DNA of 42,666 nt, taken from assembly GCA_031426555.1 (NCBI GenBank), contig JANPLN010000020.1, forward strand, positions 1 to 42,666. Direction: 5' to 3'. The position numbers and the translations under genes were made by a program. Shown piece by piece: positions 27,869 to 36,988 of this stretch. This stretch comes from Bdellovibrionales bacterium (GTDB taxonomy: Bacteria; Bdellovibrionota; Bdellovibrionia; Bdellovibrionales; JAGQZY01). Position 1 is the stretch's first letter. The number at the start of each line of letters is the position of its first letter. The notes beneath the pieces were generated by a model. The model did no database searches, was not told the origin of the DNA, and saw only the letters and a program-made list of their open reading frames with translations.

Positions 27869-29207
27869 ATTCACTGGCGGCTGGTGGTTTTGCTTTGACC
27901 ATCTGCTCCCAGTATTCGGTGAGGTCGAGCGTGACCTGCATTTTTCGAAGCACATTAAAAATTCCACCGAGTTTGCGATGTAAAAAGAGAATATGTTTTG
28001 GAGGAGGCGAGTACCGCAAGCTCCCCGTAAACCGGCGCCCCAAAGCCACGGTCTTTTGCATATAATCGTCGCTGTGGAAATCAAAGGGCTGACTCTTTGG
28101 CGAAAATGGTTCCACCGTGAGTTTCATAAAATCGGCATAATTTTTCATGGTCTCGGGCCCTTCTCGGGGATCGAGAAGTTGAAAATCAATCGAAGCTTGA
28201 ATGATCTTTTTGTCGTCCATGGTAGCAAAGGATTTTAGAACATTTCGATAGCTATCCACAAATTCCGGTTCAAATTCCTGCGTGGCACCAAAATCAAGGA
28301 GTACCAACTGCGAATCGTCGCGCACCAGGTAATTTCCAAAATTGGGGTCGGTTTGTACAAGACCCCACTGGAAAAACTCATGGCAATAGAGTTGTAGCAT
28401 TGTGGATCCAATTTTTTGTCGCGCCCGCAGGCTTGGATGGGAATCCATCCAGGTTTTTAAATTTTCGCCGCGTTCAAAACTCATTGCTAAAATTCTTTGC
28501 GTGGTGATTTCGGGAAAGCTGTCGGGAACCACGCACAGGTCTTTCAGGTGACTTGAATTTACCAACCCTTTGTACTTATTCATCAAGGCTTGTTCGCGCA
28601 GGTAATCGGTCTCTTGACGAAGTATTTTTCCAAGCTCGTCAAACAACGAATCCATGGCCATTGGTTTTTGCGACAGAGTTAAAAAAGCACTCACCGTCTT
28701 TTTTAAAATCATTAAGTCGGAGTCGATGGTGTCGGCCACTCCAGGATATTGGATTTTTAAAGCCAACTCTTGATTTTTATATTGAGCGCGATGCACCTGA
28801 CCAATACTGGCCGCCGAGAACGCCTTGGGTTCCACGGTCAATTGCTGGCGAACTTCGGGCGAGAGCTCAGAAGTTAAAACACCTTCGATCTGTGAAAAAT
28901 CAATGGCCTCTGATTTTGCCTGCAGTTGAGCGAGAATTTCCGTCACTTCTTGGGGAAGGATATCGCTGCTATCAATGCTCAGCAGCTGACCGACCTTCAT
29001 GGCCGCCCCTTTCAGTTGCGAAAGATTTTCGGCCAAAATTTTTGCCTGTTGAATCCGAGTTTTTAGAATTTCGGGTGCGTTAGCTTCAATCGATTGCGCC
29101 AACTGATTTTTTATTTTTTGCGCGATTTCATGACCAGCAATGCGGCTTGCGGCGCCTAGAAGCTGCGCTGAGCGGGCGAATACGGACGTTTTTAACTTTT
29201 TCATCAT
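27852..29207 (-). CDS. UbiB/ABC1 (COQ8-like) atypical kinase
   Basis: LKGAAMKVGQLLS (KxGQ), AASIGQVH, ALKIQYPG, QTDPNFGN, LLDFG. Confidence 0.92.
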   Translation of the reverse strand: MMKKLKTSVFARSAQLLGAASRIAGHEIAQKIKNQLAQSIEANAPEILKTRIQQAKILAENLSQLKGAAMKVGQLLSIDSSDILPQEVTEILAQLQAKSEAIDFSQIEGVLTSELSPEVRQQLTVEPKAFSAASIGQVHRAQYKNQELALKIQYPGVADTIDSDLMILKKTVSAFLTLSQKPMAMDSLFDELGKILRQETDYLREQALMNKYKGLVNSSHLKDLCVVPDSFPEITTQRILAMSFERGENLKTWMDSHPSLRARQKIGSTMLQLYCHEFFQWGLVQTDPNFGNYLVRDDSQLVLLDFGATQEFEPEFVDSYRNVLKSFATMDDKKIIQASIDFQLLDPREGPETMKNYADFMKLTVEPFSPKSQPFDFHSDDYMQKTVALGRRFTGSLRYSPPPKHILFLHRKLGGIFNVLRKMQVTLDLTEYWEQMVKAKPPAASESTFLP

Positions 29208-29293
29208 CTACCACCATGTCCAAAAGTCCAGATGCAGAGTACTCTTTTTAGGGAGTGCTGTAAAGGACGTCGTCATCGGGTAGACTGGGATAT

Positions 29294-29641
29294 ATGAAGT
29301 ACTATATCTTCTCGGTTTTCGGAGCGCTTTTTATTCTTGTTGGTTATAGTAACTGCGGTCAAGTGGGCGAAACAGGTTTGACAGCGTCCAACTCGGTCCA
29401 AGAGGGCGACCCGGCTCAGGGGAGCATCGTTTACAATGTGGATGGCATCGTGCAGCCCGCATGCGTGACATGCCATGGAGCTGATGGAACGGCAACTCTC
29501 GGCGTGGACTTAAAGACATTCTCCGACGGCGACATCGAGACCGCCATTCGCACAGGACCAGGTGTGATGCCTCAGTACGATGAAACAGACATTTCGCTCC
29601 AGCAGCTCACGCACTTGCTGGCCTATATCAGAACGTTGTAG
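29294..29641 (+). CDS. Small monoheme cytochrome c lipoprotein
   Basis: GYSNC lipoprotein-like signal; CVTCH heme motif; distal Met in GPGVMP. Confidence 0.85.
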   Translation: MKYYIFSVFGALFILVGYSNCGQVGETGLTASNSVQEGDPAQGSIVYNVDGIVQPACVTCHGADGTATLGVDLKTFSDGDIETAIRTGPGVMPQYDETDISLQQLTHLLAYIRTL

Positions 29642-29665
29642 AAGAGCTTTCATCAGTTTATGTTA

Positions 29666-30148
29666 TCAGGAGTTTCTCCTCGGCGTTTTCGGAGTTCTGG
29701 TGACGTAAGGCACGATCCCCCCAACTTCGCAGTCATTCAGCAAAATATAATCAAGCACACCGAAAAAATCCCGCCCCCATGTAACCACTCTGGAGTAGGG
29801 CGCCAAAATCCAAAGCCCCTTTCCTAATTTTTGGGCGATAACTCCGGTGAGCGCCCGAATAAAAGCTCGGTACAGCTGTCGATTAGTACTCTTAACACAG
29901 AAATGAAAGTGATCTTTCTGCACACTTTCCTTATAAACTTTAACTCCAAACTTTTTGGCATAAAGCACAAGGAGTCTTCGGAGCAAGATCCGATGAGAAT
30001 AAAGATTTGCACTCTTTCTAGATTTCAAAACAAAGTGAAGGGGTTTACGCCGATCTAGTATTCGAGCCGTTTTACGTTTTCCTTTTACTGAGAGGACTCC
30101 ACCACATTCTTTTTCCATTGGTTTAAAAAAACTCATTTGCCGAGACAT
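29666..30148 (-). mobile_element. Y1 (HUH) tyrosine transposase, IS200/RAYT-like, stand-alone
   Basis: PLHFVL strand, HUH motif DHFHF, W..PYSRVV, catalytic-Tyr helix DYILLN; GAGGAG RBS 6 nt upstream; no tnpB adjacent. Confidence 0.75.
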
Positions 30149-30439
30149 CGATTTCTCCTCTTAAAAGAACAATATACAACACCTTTCTAAATCTTATTTT
30201 TGGGAGAAATCAAAAATTAATCCCAATTAGAACGACCATGTTTATTGCTATTTAAACAGCGCTTAGAGCTTTGCCCCGGAGACAATTAAAGAAGGTTAAA
30301 ACGGCTTGGTTGCTTTCTTTCGATGATCTCGTACAAGGTATTTTAAATGATCCAAAATGACGTCAAGAAGTAACAACAATTGTCGAAAAATATTCTTAAA
30401 CAAGGTCGGCTGATCAGGAAGATCAGACGAAACGGGTTT

Positions 30440-30459
30440 AAAAGGGCAGAGGCCCTTTT
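30440..30459. terminator. Bidirectional terminator-like hairpin
   Basis: AAAAGGGC-AGAG-GCCCTTTT. Confidence 0.5.
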
Positions 30460-30522
30460 CGTACAGGATGAACTTATCCACAAAATGGCTACTTTATTTA
30501 GAAAGTTCTATGGATGGATCGG

Positions 30523-30734
30523 CGACAAAGTCCTTAGAGTCAGGATGACTTTGCCAATCACGTCTCAGAGTTTTTTGAGTCAGGATGACTTGCCAATCAC
30601 GCTTCAGAGTCCTTTGAGTCAAGTGTCTTTGCCCAGTCACTTGACAGACTCCTGTAAGCCAGATGATTTCGCCCAATCACGTGACAGAGTCCTTTGAATC
30701 ACGATGACTCTGCCAAGTTTCATCACATCAGAGT
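30523..30734. repeat. Degenerate tandem array, five ~40-bp units plus a fragment
   Basis: Units start at 30523, 30563, 30602, 30642 and 30682; approximate consensus TGACAGAGTCCTTTGAGTCAGGATGACTTTGCCAATCACG. Confidence 0.85.
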
Positions 30735-30757
30735 TCGCGGCTCAGGTAGCTTTTCCA

Positions 30758-31549
30758 TCAAACAACAGTAAACTCCACAGCACCAATGGTCTCCAGCGTG
30801 GCAGTCATTTTTTGCCCGTACCTTAGCTCAATGGCCGCAGTGGCGGCACCAGCCAACACCACACTCCCTGCCGGCAAACTTAAATTCTGTTCAGCTAAAA
30901 GCTTGACCAGTTCGCACAGTGAGAGAAGCGGGTTTCCAAGGATCGCGCTGGAAAGATCGGAATGCACAACGGTCTCGTTTTCTAAAATTTCAATTTTTAA
31001 ATTTTCAAAACGGGCCAATGGTTGCGGCATGATAGATTCGCCTAAAACAAAATAGGCTGACGATGAATTATCGGCCACCACATCGGGCAGAGTGAAGTAT
31101 TTAAAACCTTTGTAGCGAGAGTCTAAAATTTCTAAAGCCACACCCACTTTAGCGCACGCGCCCAGAGCGTCCTCGGGGGCGAGTGTGCCCCTCAGCTCGC
31201 GATTGGTGACAAAAAACACCTCGGGCTCCGCCTTGGGGTGAATTTTATCCTGCAATACAAACTGCGCCTTATTCGCTATTTGCATTTGATCTGTCAAAAC
31301 TCCAAAAATAGGCTGATGAAGGCCCATCTGCTCCATCTTCGCCTTAGAGGTGAGACCCATCTTGTAGCCTATCAATTTTTCACGGTTCTGCAGGCGCTGT
31401 TGAATGCCATGGGCCTGAATACGGTAGGCATCCGCTAAGGAAAAATCGGTAAAAGTTTTGGTCAACGGCTCTACCTCGCTTGAGGACTGCCGAGCGGTAT
31501 AAAGAACCTTCGAAAATTCAACGATTTGCTCTTGAGAGAGAGAATTCAT
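30758..31549 (-). CDS. 4-oxalocrotonate decarboxylase / 2-keto-4-pentenoate hydratase family protein
   Basis: DAYRIQ, GYKMGLTSKAKMEQMG, PKAEPE, LEILDSRY, DVVADNSS, ILGNPL; divergent from the kynurenine operon. Confidence 0.85.
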   Translation of the reverse strand: MNSLSQEQIVEFSKVLYTARQSSSEVEPLTKTFTDFSLADAYRIQAHGIQQRLQNREKLIGYKMGLTSKAKMEQMGLHQPIFGVLTDQMQIANKAQFVLQDKIHPKAEPEVFFVTNRELRGTLAPEDALGACAKVGVALEILDSRYKGFKYFTLPDVVADNSSSAYFVLGESIMPQPLARFENLKIEILENETVVHSDLSSAILGNPLLSLCELVKLLAEQNLSLPAGSVVLAGAATAAIELRYGQKMTATLETIGAVEFTVV

Positions 31550-31627
31550 GGCTATCTCCTATAAAAACTTTTGAATCTTCTATCATGACGAGGTAAAAAT
31601 GGAGCTCTAATAACCAGGCGGTGCTTT

Positions 31628-32281
31628 GTGTCACATGTGCCCTCTCATCGAGAGAGCTCCATTATCGATATCAGTCCCGAAATTTCGCAAAATCTTGCGG
31701 TGTTTCCTGGCGATACACCCTTTTCGCAAAAGGTGATTTACGATTGCCAAAAGGGCGATGGCTTTGGTTTGTCGTCATTCACCACCACTCCGCACTTAGG
31801 TGCGCACACCGATGCGCCCAACCACTACAGTGCCTCGGGTGTTGGAGTTTCTGATCGCAGCCTCGATTATTATTACGGTCCGTGCCAAGTGATTTCGGTG
31901 GATCTTCCGCGGGGTCAAAGAATTCAACCCCACCATATCGAAAAAGTGGCCATCACTGCCCAGCGAATTTTATTTCGCACCAACTCGTTTCCAAATCCCT
32001 ACAAATGGAATGATGATTTTAATTCTCTGTCGCCAGAGCTCATTGAGTTTTTGCACCAGATGCGAGTGATTTTGGTGGGTATCGACACACCCTCGATTGA
32101 TCTCGCCAAAGATAAAGTTTTAAAAACCCATCACAAGGTTCACGAAAAAAACATGGCGATTCTGGAAGGGATTGTCTTAACTAACGTGAGCGACGGCCAT
32201 TACACCTTGGCCGCCCTTCCGCTAAAGATGAAAGGTTTGGATGCGTCGCCCGTTCGCGCGGTCCTTATTGCAAACGCATGA
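31628..32281 (+). CDS. kynB: Kynurenine formamidase (cyclase family)
   Basis: HLGAHTDAPNH, VGIDTPSID, ILEG, DASPVRAVL. Confidence 0.88.
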   Translation: MSHVPSHRESSIIDISPEISQNLAVFPGDTPFSQKVIYDCQKGDGFGLSSFTTTPHLGAHTDAPNHYSASGVGVSDRSLDYYYGPCQVISVDLPRGQRIQPHHIEKVAITAQRILFRTNSFPNPYKWNDDFNSLSPELIEFLHQMRVILVGIDTPSIDLAKDKVLKTHHKVHEKNMAILEGIVLTNVSDGHYTLAALPLKMKGLDASPVRAVLIANA

Positions 32282-33741
32282 TATCTACTCAAGGCCCTAT
32301 TCTTAATTTTATTCACGGTGAATTTGTTCCAGCGCTCTCCAAAAAAACTCTGGATAACTATGAACCCGCAACCGGTTCGGTTTACACCACGCTGCCGGCC
32401 AGCAGCGCGACCGATGTGGAGAAAGCTGTGCAATCCTGTGCGCAGGCCTTTCCTGCGTGGTCGGCTTTAAACTCTTCGGAACGTTTTCAGTTTTTAAATC
32501 GTATTGCCAATCTCATCGAAGAAAATTTATTGGAGCTCGCGCGGGCCGAGTCCATCGATAACGGCAAACCACTGACGCTCGCGAAGATGGTGGACATCCC
32601 GCGCAGTGCCTCGAACTTTCGTTTTTTTGCCGGCGCTATCATGCAATCCACGGGTGAGAGCTACCAGACAGACGACAACACATTCAATTACGTCCTTCGC
32701 CATCCGCTTGGTGTTGTGGGTTGTATTTCGCCCTGGAATCTTCCGCTGTATTTATTTACATGGAAAATTGCACCGGCTTTAGCGGCTGGCAATTGCGTGG
32801 TTGCCAAACCATCAGAGATAACTCCAATGACAGCGCATTTGTTAGCGCAACTCTGTCAGCAAGCCGGTTTGCCACCGGGTGTTCTAAATATCGTGCACGG
32901 CTTGGGAAGCGACGTCGGCGCCGCCATGAGTGCTCACCCTGATATCAAAGCGATCTCGTTTACTGGCAGCACGATCACCGGGCAAAAAATTGCCGAGGCC
33001 TCGGCGCCAACGTTTAAAAAACTAGCTCTTGAAATGGGCGGAAAAAATCCTGCCATTGTTTTTGCGGATTGTGATTTTGAAAAAACCGCCAGCGAAATCG
33101 TGCGAGCGGCGTTTTCTAATCAAGGTCAAATTTGTCTTTGTGGCTCGCGAATTTTGGTGGAAGAGTCTATTTACGAAGCTTTTAAAGAAGCACTCCTCCG
33201 CAGAATCAAAGTTCTCAAAGTGGCGGATCCATTGGTTGAAGGTACAGCACAAGGGGCTTTGGTTTCGAAAGCTCACTACGAAAAAATCCTGCATCATATT
33301 GATTTAGCAAAAAAAGAAGGCGGACGGGTTCTTTGCGGAGGCGAAGCGGTGAAAGTTGCGGGTCGCTGCGAGAATGGCTGGTTTGTGGCGCCCACACTGA
33401 TCGAAGGCCTCAGCAATTCCTGTCGTACCAATCAGGAAGAAATTTTTGGTCCGGTGGCGACGCTGCAAAAATTTTCTACAGAGCAGCAGGCCCTCGACCT
33501 TGCCAACGACTCTCAGTACGGACTTGCCGCGAGCCTGTGGACACAAAATCTTTCCCGTGCCCAGCGGATGGCACAAAAAATCGAAACCGGCATTGTCTGG
33601 GTCAACACCTGGATGAATCGCGATTTGCGCACTCCCTTTGGGGGCGTAAAAAAATCGGGTCTTGGGCGCGAGGGCGGCAAAGAGGCATTGCACTTTTTCA
33701 CCGAGCCCAAAACAGTTTGTATCGTGGCTGAAAAATTTTGA
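32278..33741 (+). CDS. 2-aminomuconate-semialdehyde dehydrogenase (ALDH)
   Basis: ISPWNLPL, FTGST, LEMGGKNP, NQGQICLCGSR, EEIFGPV; pathway context. Confidence 0.88.
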   Translation: MISTQGPILNFIHGEFVPALSKKTLDNYEPATGSVYTTLPASSATDVEKAVQSCAQAFPAWSALNSSERFQFLNRIANLIEENLLELARAESIDNGKPLTLAKMVDIPRSASNFRFFAGAIMQSTGESYQTDDNTFNYVLRHPLGVVGCISPWNLPLYLFTWKIAPALAAGNCVVAKPSEITPMTAHLLAQLCQQAGLPPGVLNIVHGLGSDVGAAMSAHPDIKAISFTGSTITGQKIAEASAPTFKKLALEMGGKNPAIVFADCDFEKTASEIVRAAFSNQGQICLCGSRILVEESIYEAFKEALLRRIKVLKVADPLVEGTAQGALVSKAHYEKILHHIDLAKKEGGRVLCGGEAVKVAGRCENGWFVAPTLIEGLSNSCRTNQEEIFGPVATLQKFSTEQQALDLANDSQYGLAASLWTQNLSRAQRMAQKIETGIVWVNTWMNRDLRTPFGGVKKSGLGREGGKEALHFFTEPKTVCIVAEKF

Positions 33742-33776
33742 CCGACAAAGTCGTGAATGAATAACAGAGGAGTCCT

Positions 33777-34187
33777 ATGAAAATCAATTCCGACAAAGCA
33801 CCAGAACCTGTAGGGACGTATCCCCATGCGCGACGAGTGGGAAACTTGCTTTTCATGTCGGGAGTAGGTCCCCGCGAGCGCGGCACTAAAAAAATTCCCG
33901 GCGTTGAAGTGGATGCCCAAGGCAATTTAATTTCTTACGACATCGAAAAGCAATGTCATTCGGTTTTTAAAAACGTGCGACTTATTTTGGAAGACTCCGG
34001 TTTGACATGGAATGATTTGGTGGACGTCACCGTGTACCTCACCAATATGAAAGCTGACTTTGCCACGTACAATCGCGTGTACGCCGAATATTTTAAAGAC
34101 AATCAGCCCTGCCGAACAACCCTCGAGATCAATGCCCTGCCAACGCCTATTGCCATTGAACTCAAATGTATCGCGGAGTTTCGCTAA
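33777..34187 (+). CDS. 2-aminomuconate deaminase (RidA/YjgF family)
   Basis: APEPVGTYPHARRVGNLLFMSG, PCRTT, IELKCIA; pathway context. Confidence 0.82.
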   Translation: MKINSDKAPEPVGTYPHARRVGNLLFMSGVGPRERGTKKIPGVEVDAQGNLISYDIEKQCHSVFKNVRLILEDSGLTWNDLVDVTVYLTNMKADFATYNRVYAEYFKDNQPCRTTLEINALPTPIAIELKCIAEFR

Positions 34188-34723
34188 TGCCTCGACGAAT
34201 CAGTCCGCCTCTCAATTTTAAAAAATGGATCGAAGAAAATCGTCACGTCCTCAAACCGCCAGTGGCTAACAAATTGATTTGGGAAGACAGCGACTTTATG
34301 GCTTTTATCGTCGCCGGCCCCAATGGTCGCACGGATTTTCACGTCAACGCGGGCGAAGAGTTTTATTTGCAAATCGAAGGCGATGTATTTTTAAAAATTC
34401 GCGAGGATGAGCAATTTAAAGATGTCACCATTCGCGAAGGCGAAATCTTTTTGCTCCCAGCTTACGTTCCACACTCTCCCCAGCGCCGGGCGGGCACAGT
34501 GGGTTTAGTGATCGAAAGTAAGCGTCAGACCGACGAGCAGGATGGCTTGGTGTGGTGGTGCCCCAACTGCGGAAATAAAATGTACGAAGAATTTTTCCAC
34601 CTCACCAATATAGTGACGCAATTTAAGCCCGTCTTCGATCGTTTCTTTGGCACTCCAGCGAATTGCACTTGCAAAGCCTGCGGCACCGTTTTGACTAGGG
34701 AGAGTCATTATTTTAAAGATTGA
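34187..34723 (+). CDS. nbaC: 3-hydroxyanthranilate 3,4-dioxygenase
   Basis: LKPPVAN, GPNGRTDFH, EEF, VPHSPQR, rubredoxin-like CPNC/CKAC. Start set to ATG 34187, overlapping the upstream TAA. Confidence 0.93.
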   Translation: MPRRISPPLNFKKWIEENRHVLKPPVANKLIWEDSDFMAFIVAGPNGRTDFHVNAGEEFYLQIEGDVFLKIREDEQFKDVTIREGEIFLLPAYVPHSPQRRAGTVGLVIESKRQTDEQDGLVWWCPNCGNKMYEEFFHLTNIVTQFKPVFDRFFGTPANCTCKACGTVLTRESHYFKD

Positions 34724-35723
34724 TGTTCATACCCATATTTTGCCAAAAGACATTCCCGACTGGAAAAGTATGTTGGGCTATGGTGGTTTTATTCAGTTGG
34801 ACCACCATAAATCTTGTGGGGCCCGTATGTTGCGCGATGACGGAACATTTTTTCGCGAGGTCGAAGAAAATTGCTGGAATCCGCAAAAGCGCCTGCAGGA
34901 CTGCGACCATTACGGTGTGCAGGTGCAAGTGTTGTCCACAGTGCCCGTGATGTTTAATTACTGGACGCCGGCCGAGCACGGTTACGACATCGCGCGCTTT
35001 CTCAACGATCATCTTTCGCAAGTTGTTGCTGCCAATCCGAAACGCTTTGTGGGCTTGGGCACGCTTCCCATGCAAGACGCACAAATGGCCATCCTCGAAA
35101 TGGAACGTGGAATGAATTCCTTGGGACTGCGTGGATTTCAAATTGGCACCCACATCAACGAAAAAAATTTAGATCACGCGGACCTTTTTGATATTTTTAA
35201 AACGGCCGAAAAATTAGGGGCCGCTCTTTTTGTGCATCCCTGGGATATGCTCGCTCCTCAGCGCTTAAACGATTACTGGCTGCCGTGGCTGATAGGCATG
35301 CCCACCGAGCTTGCCATCGCCATCTCGTCCATGATGTTCGGTGGAATTTTTGAAAAACTCCCAAAACTGAAAGTCATGTTTGCCCATGGGGGCGGAAGTT
35401 TTCCTGGAATCTTGGGAAGACTCGAGCACGGTTTTTTGGCGCGGCCCGATCTTGTGGCGCATCGCAACCCCCATCCTCCGCGAAAGTATTTAAAAAATAT
35501 TTACGTCGATTCTCTTGTGCATGACAAATTGGCTTTTAATTATTTGCTAGAGTTGTTTTCGGAAAAACAAATTGCCCTGGGTACGGATTATCCATTTCCG
35601 CTGGGGGAATTAAAACCCGGCGAATTGATCGAAAGCTTAAATCTATCCGCAGAAAAACAGCAACGGCTTTTTAGCGGCACAGCTCTCGAATGGTTGGGAA
35701 TGAAAGAAGGAGATTTTAAATGA
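34710..35723 (+). CDS. nbaD: 2-amino-3-carboxymuconate-6-semialdehyde decarboxylase (ACMSD); start codon non-canonical or uncertain
   Basis: KIDVHTH lies in frame upstream of TTG 34740; LSTVPVMF.YW, FVHPWDM, AHGGGSFP, GTDYPFPLG. Confidence 0.88.
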   Translation: MLKIDVHTHILPKDIPDWKSMLGYGGFIQLDHHKSCGARMLRDDGTFFREVEENCWNPQKRLQDCDHYGVQVQVLSTVPVMFNYWTPAEHGYDIARFLNDHLSQVVAANPKRFVGLGTLPMQDAQMAILEMERGMNSLGLRGFQIGTHINEKNLDHADLFDIFKTAEKLGAALFVHPWDMLAPQRLNDYWLPWLIGMPTELAIAISSMMFGGIFEKLPKLKVMFAHGGGSFPGILGRLEHGFLARPDLVAHRNPHPPRKYLKNIYVDSLVHDKLAFNYLLELFSEKQIALGTDYPFPLGELKPGELIESLNLSAEKQQRLFSGTALEWLGMKEGDFK

Positions 35724-36988
35724 TCAGAACAGCAGCTGAGCAGCTTGATTCTCAGGATGACCTCAAAAGATTTCGCGACCAGTTTTTATTTCCTCGCACA
35801 CCCTCTGGCGACAAATATACCTACCTTTGCGGAAACTCCCTTGGCCTGCAGCCACAAAAAACTCAAGACTACATCCAGCAGGAACTCATCGATTGGGCGC
35901 GGCTCGGTGTAGAAGGGCACTTTGAAGCCAAAAATCCTTGGCTACCGTATCATGAGTTTGTCACACAACCCTTGGCTCGGTTAGTGGGTGCGCTTCCAAT
36001 AGAAGTGGTGGCGATGAACAGTTTGACAGTGAACTTGCATTTATTAATGGTGTCGTTTTATCGCCCCACAAAAACCAGATATAAAATTGTGATCGAAGGC
36101 AATGCTTTTCCTTCCGATCAATACGCAGTGGCTTCGCAAGCGCAGTTTCATGCTAAGATGGTGGGGTTTGACAGTGCTCAGGCCGTCGTCGAAGTGTTTC
36201 CGCGCGAGGGCGAAGCCAGTGTTCGCACAGAGGACTTTGTAGAAGTTCTCGAAAAAAATAAAGATGAAATCGCGCTGGTGATGATTGGCGGCGTGAATTA
36301 TCTCAATGGTCAGTTGTTTGATATTTCGTCGATTTGCAAAAAAACTCACAATATCGGCGCTGTGTTCGGCGTGGATTTGGCCCACGCAGCGGGCAATGTG
36401 ATGCTAAAACTGCATGACTGGGGTGTGGATTTTGCGGCCTGGTGCTCGTACAAGTATCTCAACTCCGGGCCCGGTGGAATTTCGGGCGCCTTTGTTCACG
36501 AACGCCATCTCAAAGACCACGCGCTGCCAAAATTCACCGGTTGGTGGGGTCACGATAAAAAAACACGGTTTACCATGCCCGCCAAATTTGTCCCCATCGA
36601 AAGTGTGGAATCATGGCAGCTTAGCAATCCACCGATTTTTCAGTTGGCGGCGCTTCGGGCCTCGTTAGAATTATTTGACGACGCCACCATGGGCCGTCTG
36701 CGAGATAAGTCAAAAAAACTCACTGCGTTTTTATCGGAGCAGATTCAAACCACGCTGCCTGCAGGTTTTGTGGATATCTTCACTCCGATGGATAGCGAGC
36801 AACGTGGAGCTCAGTTGTCTTTAAAAATTCGCGGGGGCACGCGCGAGATGGTGGCGTCGCTTCGCAAAGACGGCGTCATCTGTGATTTCCGTGAGCCCAA
36901 TATCATTCGTGTGGCGCCGGCACCTTTGTACAATAATTTTATGGACTGTGCGATTTTCGTGGAGAAATTAAAAAAATATGCCAACTAA
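35720..36988 (+). CDS. kynU: Kynureninase
   Basis: YLCGNSLGLQP, MNSLTVNLH, FPSDQY, DLAHAAGN, WCSYKYLNSGPG, GWWGH. Confidence 0.95.
   Translation: MIRTAAEQLDSQDDLKRFRDQFLFPRTPSGDKYTYLCGNSLGLQPQKTQDYIQQELIDWARLGVEGHFEAKNPWLPYHEFVTQPLARLVGALPIEVVAMNSLTVNLHLLMVSFYRPTKTRYKIVIEGNAFPSDQYAVASQAQFHAKMVGFDSAQAVVEVFPREGEASVRTEDFVEVLEKNKDEIALVMIGGVNYLNGQLFDISSICKKTHNIGAVFGVDLAHAAGNVMLKLHDWGVDFAAWCSYKYLNSGPGGISGAFVHERHLKDHALPKFTGWWGHDKKTRFTMPAKFVPIESVESWQLSNPPIFQLAALRASLELFDDATMGRLRDKSKKLTAFLSEQIQTTLPAGFVDIFTPMDSEQRGAQLSLKIRGGTREMVASLRKDGVICDFREPNIIRVAPAPLYNNFMDCAIFVEKLKKYAN

Noticed and set aside
29666..30148. Complete IS605/IS200 element with TnpB or IscB
   Set aside because: No RuvC-type ORF is adjacent and I could not identify matched left/right end hairpins.
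30380..30697. 105-aa ORF across the array
   Set aside because: TTG start without a clear RBS; the repeat period of 39-40 bp shifts frame between units; no recognisable protein features.
30523..30734. CRISPR array
   Set aside because: No invariant repeat alternating with unique spacers; the whole unit is repeated with scattered divergence, and no cas genes are in the window.
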